Source of the DNA: Opitutales bacterium
Lineage (GTDB): Bacteria; Verrucomicrobiota; Verrucomicrobiia; Opitutales; UBA9783
Assembly: GCA_017958565.1 (NCBI GenBank)
Contig: JAGDCJ010000019.1
Location: forward strand, 1-10,156
Direction: 5' to 3'
DNA: 10,156 bases
In this document: in pieces, positions 5,151 through 10,156 of the stretch
Position numbering within the stretch: the first letter of the stretch is position 1
Layout of the letters: the number at the start of each line of letters is the position of its first letter
The notes under the pieces: generated by a model
What the model saw: only the letters and a program-made list of their open reading frames with translations
Told to the model about the DNA's origin: nothing
Database searches by the model: none
Position numbers and translations under genes: made by a program

Positions 5151-7031
5151 TTAACGGGTAGAAGCGGGCGTGGCAAGTGGTAAATTCTCTTTTTCACGAA
5201 CCGATTCTTCCGGAAGCTTTTTCGGATCGAGGCTTTTTGAGGTTTCTTTCGAATTTTCGTTGGTCGATGGGGTAGGGGAGGGAATTTCTATACCAAGATA
5301 AAAAGCACAAACCTTTTCAATCACAGCTAAAGGAATTTTTACGGTCGATACCAGGGTAGATGCAGATGTTTTTGGTTCCACTTCTACGGTAGAGGAAAAT
5401 TCAACATTCGTATTCGGCGGAAACGTAATCTTTGAAATTTTTACATCCGCCAGGCGAATTTTTAAAGAAAAAAAGGAATTTGGGTGTGAAAGGTACGAAA
5501 AGCTTTGAGCATCTTTTAATGGATCGATAAGATGTTTGATGTTTTCACACCGATCCGCTATTAGCAAATATCCTTTATATAAACCGAACACTTTTGGCCC
5601 CAACAGATGGCCTTCCTTCCATCCAAACGAACAGCCATGAATCCAGCAGTCGTGATGGTTTAAAATCTTTTGGTCCACCGAACAAGGCCCTTTGCATGAA
5701 TCGCTCTCCCATAAATGTTTTTTTTGAGCCAATTCCATTTGTGGACGCCAAGTTTTTTGGACAAAATCCTGCAAAAACGTAACCAACTTTTCATCGGTCA
5801 ACGTCGAACGGGCTTCTGTCAATCCAAAATACTCTCCGGTCAGTACATCCGGATGGGATTGAAACGGAGCGTATCGTTGTATGTTGCCACTCAAGTACTG
5901 TTCTCCAAATTGGAGATATTGGATCCAAATTGGGTAAAAAATTTGCCCCCATTGGTACAATTGGTGCGAGAATTCGTCCTGGCTCCAATCCGATAACCTC
6001 GCTCGTGTCGATAGCGCTTCTAAGCAGGTTTGTGCAGCTTTATAAGGACAACATCCGTTCACTTGGACGGTATGATTTGATGGCAATACCAGCGTTCGAC
6101 GGGTTTTCAACGCCTCCTGCATGCTTTTGCAAAAATCCACCCACGGGCTTTTGGGTTTTGCTTGATGTCGAACGTTCAGCTGAAAATTTTCTTCATCGCA
6201 ATGGATATCGTACCGAATTTTTTCGAAATCGTTTTGAATATAGGTGTCGTAAAAGCATCGCAAAAATGGAAACGGCAAAAACGAACGAAGCGCTTTTGTG
6301 TTATATTCGATTTGTATCAAAGCGGTAACGGGTTCCGGCTTTCCGTAAAAAAAGGGCGCAACGGTTGAAAAGTCTTTAATGGAAGACAGTAAGGTTTTAG
6401 GTGCATAAAACCATGCATTGAATTCATTTTCCTTCAATGGAAATGGGTGTATCAATTGATACTCTCCTTTTTGGTTGGCTTCCGACTGCAAATTTTTAAC
6501 CACGATGTTATCGGATTTCGCTTTAAAACAGACAAGAGGTTTTATGGTCTTCCCTTGCGGAAATAACAAAACATAACAAGGGCTTTGGGTATCTACACCC
6601 GGACATTGTGGTCCGCCGATAAAACTGCAAACGAAGAAATAAGCAAAAGCGGAAAATCCTGGTTGAATTTTATTCAGCAACGAAAAAGTTGTTTGTATGC
6701 CTGCAGGCACATTTGAAATGGCAATTTTTGCAATCGGCTCATGCTGCGGTAAAGCGGCTAAATTCCGAAACCAATCTTTCTCTACAAACGCGTCAAATTG
6801 TTTTGATAGATAATCGAGATAATCGATCGAAGAGTTTTTCGATGGTGTCGGCACCGAAGGAGCTGCGGGTACCAGGTTGTTTTTCCCCGTTTCTTCAACC
6901 TTGGTTCTGTTTGATGATGCAGCAGAAGGAGGCAAAGGTGTGCTGACTTCCTCTTTCGTTACCCCTAATACATACAAAGAAACAAACAATCCAACGGAAA
7001 AAATCCAAATACCCTTTTTCATGCTTTTCAT
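5151..7031 (-). CDS. Hypothetical membrane-anchored, cysteine-rich protein; no family recognised
   Basis: A long uninterrupted ORF of 630 aa runs from the GTG at 7043. The preferred start is the ATG at 7031 (626 aa), because GAAGGTGG (7040-7047, reverse strand) sits 8 nt upstream. The GTG is itself part of that SD. Another ATG lies at 7022. One N-terminal hydrophobic helix (GIWIFSVGLFVSLYVLGV, 6960-7013) is followed by a P/S-rich linker. After that come a roughly 500-aa aromatic-rich region with 16 Cys and a P/S/T/K/E-rich tail (5154-5288). The stop is 12 nt before the ftsA ATG. Confidence 0.8.
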   Translation of the reverse strand: MKSMKKGIWIFSVGLFVSLYVLGVTKEEVSTPLPPSAASSNRTKVEETGKNNLVPAAPSVPTPSKNSSIDYLDYLSKQFDAFVEKDWFRNLAALPQHEPIAKIAISNVPAGIQTTFSLLNKIQPGFSAFAYFFVCSFIGGPQCPGVDTQSPCYVLLFPQGKTIKPLVCFKAKSDNIVVKNLQSEANQKGEYQLIHPFPLKENEFNAWFYAPKTLLSSIKDFSTVAPFFYGKPEPVTALIQIEYNTKALRSFLPFPFLRCFYDTYIQNDFEKIRYDIHCDEENFQLNVRHQAKPKSPWVDFCKSMQEALKTRRTLVLPSNHTVQVNGCCPYKAAQTCLEALSTRARLSDWSQDEFSHQLYQWGQIFYPIWIQYLQFGEQYLSGNIQRYAPFQSHPDVLTGEYFGLTEARSTLTDEKLVTFLQDFVQKTWRPQMELAQKKHLWESDSCKGPCSVDQKILNHHDCWIHGCSFGWKEGHLLGPKVFGLYKGYLLIADRCENIKHLIDPLKDAQSFSYLSHPNSFFSLKIRLADVKISKITFPPNTNVEFSSTVEVEPKTSASTLVSTVKIPLAVIEKVCAFYLGIEIPSPTPSTNENSKETSKSLDPKKLPEESVREKENLPLATPASTR

Positions 7032-7051
7032 TGTAGAAGCCACCTTCTTTT

Positions 7052-7070
7052 TCGTAAAGATTTTTTACGA
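7052..7070. repeat. Perfect 7-bp inverted repeat (TCGTAAA-N5-TTTACGA) in the divergent intergenic region
   Basis: 7052-7058 is the reverse complement of 7064-7070, with a 5-nt loop. With one G-U and two A-U pairs it extends to 7049-7073. On the minus-strand transcript it ends about 4 nt before the SD of the 626-aa ORF. Confidence 0.5.
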
Positions 7071-7129
7071 GAATGGATGGAGAAAAAGCTAGACGAAAAA
7101 GGAATTTTTTCGCACTCTAAAAGAGTTTT

Positions 7130-9754
7130 ATGGAGAAGACGTACACACTGGCTGATTTGCAAACGAAATGGAATCGTCGTTGGGAAGAAAGCCATGCTTT
7201 TGAAGCCAAATCCGATGCAAAGCCCACGTTTACCATTTTTATGCCCCCGCCAAATGTAACCGGAATCTTGCACATGGGGCACGTTTTGAATAACACGATT
7301 CAAGATGTATTGTGTCGGTGGGCGCGATTACAAGGGAAAAGCGTTTTATGGTTGCCCGGAACGGACCACGCAGGGATTTCAACACAAGTCAAAGTTGAAA
7401 AAATCTTAAAAGCAGAAAAAGGGCTTACGCGCCATCAGCTGGGCCGCGAGACATTTTTGCAACGAGTGGAGAAATGGCGACAGGAACATGGCCAAGTAAT
7501 TTTTGAGCAACTGAAAAGATTAGGCGTATCCTGCGATTGGTCGCGAGCTACCTATACGTTGGATCCCGATTATTCGCGACGAGTTCAATCGGTTTTTGTC
7601 AAACTGTACAAACGCGGATACATTTACAAAGGGAAACGCTTGGTCCATTGGTGTCCGGTTTCCCAAACCGCTCTCAGCGACGAAGAGGTTATCATGAAAC
7701 CTACGCAAGGCGTTCTTTGCACCTTTCGATATGCAGTGGTAGAAAAACCAGGGACCTTCCTTCCCATTGCGACCACGCGTCCGGAAACGATCATGGGAGA
7801 TGTTGCGCTCGCAGTTCATCCAAAAGATCCGCGGTATGCTTCTTTGGTCGGTTTGCATGCACGTTGCCCATTCGATCCACAACGAACCATTCCCATTATC
7901 GCCGATCAAGCGGTAGAAATGGATTTTGGAACCGGAGCCTTGAAAATTACCCCGGCGCACGATCCGATTGACTTTGAAATTGGGAAGCGTCACCAACTTC
8001 CATTTATAGAAGTACTGGATGCCACTGGGAGAATTAACGAAAACGGTGCGCCTTTTACCGGGATGGATCGGATGGAAGCACGAAAAGCCGTTATAGAAGC
8101 TTTGCGAGAAAAAGGTTTATTGGTCAAAGAAGAACCGTATGAGCATGCGGTTGGTTATTCCGAGCGTGCAAATGTCCCGATCGAACCTCGTTTGTCGGAA
8201 CAATGGTTTTTACGGTATCCCAAAGTAGAAGAAGCCAAGCAGTTGCTTGAGAAAAAACAGGTCCATTTTTACCCTGCACATTGGGAAAAAATTTACCGCC
8301 ATTGGTTGAACCATCTTCAAGATTGGTGCATCAGTCGGCAATTATGGTGGGGGCATCGCATCCCGGTTTGGTACCGCAAAGATGATCCGTCGAAGTATCA
8401 TGTATCGCTCGAAGCACCCAGTGATCGAGAAAATTGGGAACAAGATCCTGACGTTTTAGACACATGGTTTTCTTCTTGGCTATGGCCGATGGGAACGCTT
8501 CATTACCAGGAAAATTCCGACAAAAATCTTTTTGATCGGTACTTCCCCAGCCATGTGCTCGTTTCCGGCTCGGACATCTTGTTTTTTTGGATTACCCGCA
8601 TGATTTTGGCCTCGCTGGAATTGGTAGAAGATCGTCCGTTACAGCAACGTGTACCGTTTCATAACATTTACCTTACGGGGATTGTACGCGATGCAAAAGG
8701 GAGAAAGATGTCCAAAAGCCTGGGGAATTCCCCGGATCCTTTGGACTTAATTCAGACGTACGGTGCAGACGGTGTCCGGGTAGGCATGCTTTCGATTGCA
8801 CCTCAAGGGCACGATATTTGTTTCGATGAACATGCCCTTGTAGCTGGAAGAAATTTTTGCACAAAATTGTGGAATGCGTGCCGTTTTCGACAGATGCAAG
8901 GTAGGGTAGGGAACTATTCCTCTTTCGAAGACTATTGGAAAGAAATTGCTTCCACTTCTTTATCTCCCATCGATCAATATTTACTCCACTCGCTGGTTCT
9001 AACGATGGGAACTTACGAAAAGCGCTTGTCGCAGTATGAATTGAACGCCGCGATCAAAGAGCTTCAAGCTTTTTTTCGCAATTTTTTCTGTGATTTTTAC
9101 CTAGAGATCCAAAAATACCAACCTTCTTCTTCTTTTGTCGTACAAGATCTGTTCTTGCGCCAAATGCTGATTATGCTTCATCCATACGCGCCTTATATTA
9201 CAGAAGAATTGTGGGAGCAAATGCATGCGGGAAGCGGCACATTACAAGAAGCACAGTGGGAATTACCCAAGCTTTCCTCCCATGTGCAAGCGCTTGCTTT
9301 GTCTTCAAAAGACCTAGAAGTGATGGAACATATTCGCACTTTGGTAGATCAACTCCGAACCTTAACCGCCAAACATTCACGTACACCCCTCACTGTGCAC
9401 ATTTTACTGGAGTCAAAGCACCAAGCTGAGTTCAAGGTATACCAAGCGCTTTTGGAGCAATTGATCAAAATTTCATCCTTCCAAATCGTTTCGCAACCCT
9501 TACCAGGAGCCTCGCAAGTGGTCACGCACTACGGGACCTTTTTTGTCCAACATGAAATCACGCAGCCGGCCATGGATGATACGCAATTGATGCAACAAAT
9601 CGCTGCGTTGAAGCAATACATTCAGACGGCAGAACAAAAATTATCCAACGAAAAATTCATGTCTCACGCATCGGCAAAGGTCATTGAAGGCGTTCAAAAA
9701 CAACTGGAAGCGAATCGGAAAAAATGGGAAGCTTTGCAAAAATTGCTCCCATAA
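7130..9754 (+). CDS. valS: Valine--tRNA ligase (ValRS)
   Basis: The 874-aa class I aaRS has the HIGH motif PPPNVTGILHMGHVLN (HMGH at 7271-7282) and KMSKS at 8705-8719. It also has the conserved TTRPETIMGD, WCISRQLWWGHRIP and DVLDTWFSS blocks, plus a C-terminal coiled coil typical of ValRS. The start is ATG with AAGAG upstream. Confidence 0.97.
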   Translation: MEKTYTLADLQTKWNRRWEESHAFEAKSDAKPTFTIFMPPPNVTGILHMGHVLNNTIQDVLCRWARLQGKSVLWLPGTDHAGISTQVKVEKILKAEKGLTRHQLGRETFLQRVEKWRQEHGQVIFEQLKRLGVSCDWSRATYTLDPDYSRRVQSVFVKLYKRGYIYKGKRLVHWCPVSQTALSDEEVIMKPTQGVLCTFRYAVVEKPGTFLPIATTRPETIMGDVALAVHPKDPRYASLVGLHARCPFDPQRTIPIIADQAVEMDFGTGALKITPAHDPIDFEIGKRHQLPFIEVLDATGRINENGAPFTGMDRMEARKAVIEALREKGLLVKEEPYEHAVGYSERANVPIEPRLSEQWFLRYPKVEEAKQLLEKKQVHFYPAHWEKIYRHWLNHLQDWCISRQLWWGHRIPVWYRKDDPSKYHVSLEAPSDRENWEQDPDVLDTWFSSWLWPMGTLHYQENSDKNLFDRYFPSHVLVSGSDILFFWITRMILASLELVEDRPLQQRVPFHNIYLTGIVRDAKGRKMSKSLGNSPDPLDLIQTYGADGVRVGMLSIAPQGHDICFDEHALVAGRNFCTKLWNACRFRQMQGRVGNYSSFEDYWKEIASTSLSPIDQYLLHSLVLTMGTYEKRLSQYELNAAIKELQAFFRNFFCDFYLEIQKYQPSSSFVVQDLFLRQMLIMLHPYAPYITEELWEQMHAGSGTLQEAQWELPKLSSHVQALALSSKDLEVMEHIRTLVDQLRTLTAKHSRTPLTVHILLESKHQAEFKVYQALLEQLIKISSFQIVSQPLPGASQVVTHYGTFFVQHEITQPAMDDTQLMQQIAALKQYIQTAEQKLSNEKFMSHASAKVIEGVQKQLEANRKKWEALQKLLP

Positions 9755-9826
9755 AATTTCCAGTTTCTACATTTTTTTCTTTCTATTTTTAAAAAATTTT
9801 CTACGATAGTTTTTGTTGTTATATTG

Positions 9827-10156
9827 ATGATGCTTCCAATCTCCCAGCGGATTGTGATTACAGGTGTGGGGTTAATCGCTCCTAACGGAAATTCTTTAAC
9901 CGAATTTCGTAAACATTTATTAGAAGGATATTCAAAAATTCAACGTATCGATATGCGTTACATTGGGCTGGTTTTGGCAGGTGTGTGCGTGTTCAATGCA
10001 ACCGATTACCAGACCAAAAAAGAAGTACGCGTAGGAACCCGAGCCGGTTCTATCGGAATTTACTGCGCTCATAAGGCTTTAGAATCTAGCCAATTGAATC
10101 TTGAAAAATTCGATCGAAGCCGCATGGGAATTTATGTGGGGATTACGGAACATGGC
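9827..10156 (+). CDS. Beta-ketoacyl-[acyl-carrier-protein] synthase family (FabF/FabB-like); N-terminal 110 codons, continues past the right window edge
   Basis: Absent from the ORF track because no stop occurs in the window. Hand translation from the ATG at 9827 gives MMLPISQRIVITGVGLIAPNGNSLTEFRKHLLEGYSKIQRIDM...KKEVRVGTRAGSIGIYCAHKALESSQL...RMGIYVGITEHG, in frame to 10156. RIVITGvG.i.P.Gn...eFw..Ll.G.S.I is the KAS I/II N-terminal signature. The start could also be the ATG at 9830 or the TTG at 9824. Too little sequence is visible to choose fabF or fabB. Confidence 0.85.
   Translation, partial: MMLPISQRIVITGVGLIAPNGNSLTEFRKHLLEGYSKIQRIDMRYIGLVLAGVCVFNATDYQTKKEVRVGTRAGSIGIYCAHKALESSQLNLEKFDRSRMGIYVGITEHG

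Noticed and set aside
5594-6946. Several 60-132 aa plus-strand ORFs antisense to the 626-aa gene (for example 5930-6328)
   Set aside because: They are short and overlapping, have no SD, and are each interrupted. The minus-strand frame is open for 1.9 kb with a good SD. Antisense ORFs are expected by chance opposite a long gene.
7044-7129. T-box or other leader riboswitch upstream of valS
   Set aside because: Only about 86 nt are available. They are shared with a divergent promoter region and show no specifier-loop or antiterminator architecture. The region is too short for a T-box.
7520-7996. 158-aa minus-strand and 144-aa plus-strand (7537-7971) ORFs inside valS
   Set aside because: Both lie wholly inside the valS frame, which has unambiguous HIGH and KMSKS motifs. 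Their translations are R/S/G-rich nonsense typical of off-frame reading.
1-10156. CRISPR arrays, IS elements or transposases, integrases, toxin-antitoxin or defence islands
   Set aside because: I saw no spaced direct-repeat arrays, terminal inverted repeats or recombinase/nuclease-helicase style ORFs. Every long ORF except one maps to a housekeeping family. The tRNA-Gly 3' end has no integrated element next to it.

Overview
This is a compact, gene-dense bacterial chromosomal window that leans AT-rich by eye (not computed). It reads mostly as core housekeeping. I saw no CRISPR array, IS element or transposase, integrase, phage gene or recognisable defence gene. Layout: (1) A tightly coupled minus-strand operon runs 2579->1: RodZ-like HTH/TM/DUF4115 protein, DUF151 bifunctional-nuclease family protein, GT4-like glycosyltransferase, then the first 42 codons of an N-acetyl-sugar amidotransferase-like enzyme. 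(2) A plus-strand translation-apparatus block holds rpsU (S21), rsmA/ksgA and a tRNA-Gly(CCC) with its own sigma70-like promoter. (3) A minus-strand pair holds a 626-aa membrane-anchored, cysteine-rich protein I cannot assign to any family, ending 12 nt before ftsA. ftsA then ends convergently against the tRNA, with no ftsZ behind it. (4) valS lies on the plus strand. (5) The first 110 codons of a beta-ketoacyl-ACP synthase run off the right edge. The best novelty candidate is the unassignable protein in the ftsQ position, coupled to an FtsA whose phosphate-2 nucleotide-binding motif looks degenerate. This is a hypothesis from reading the sequence, not a demonstrated system. Several ORF-track starts are GTG or TTG, so I re-picked starts by hand where the sequence supported it.
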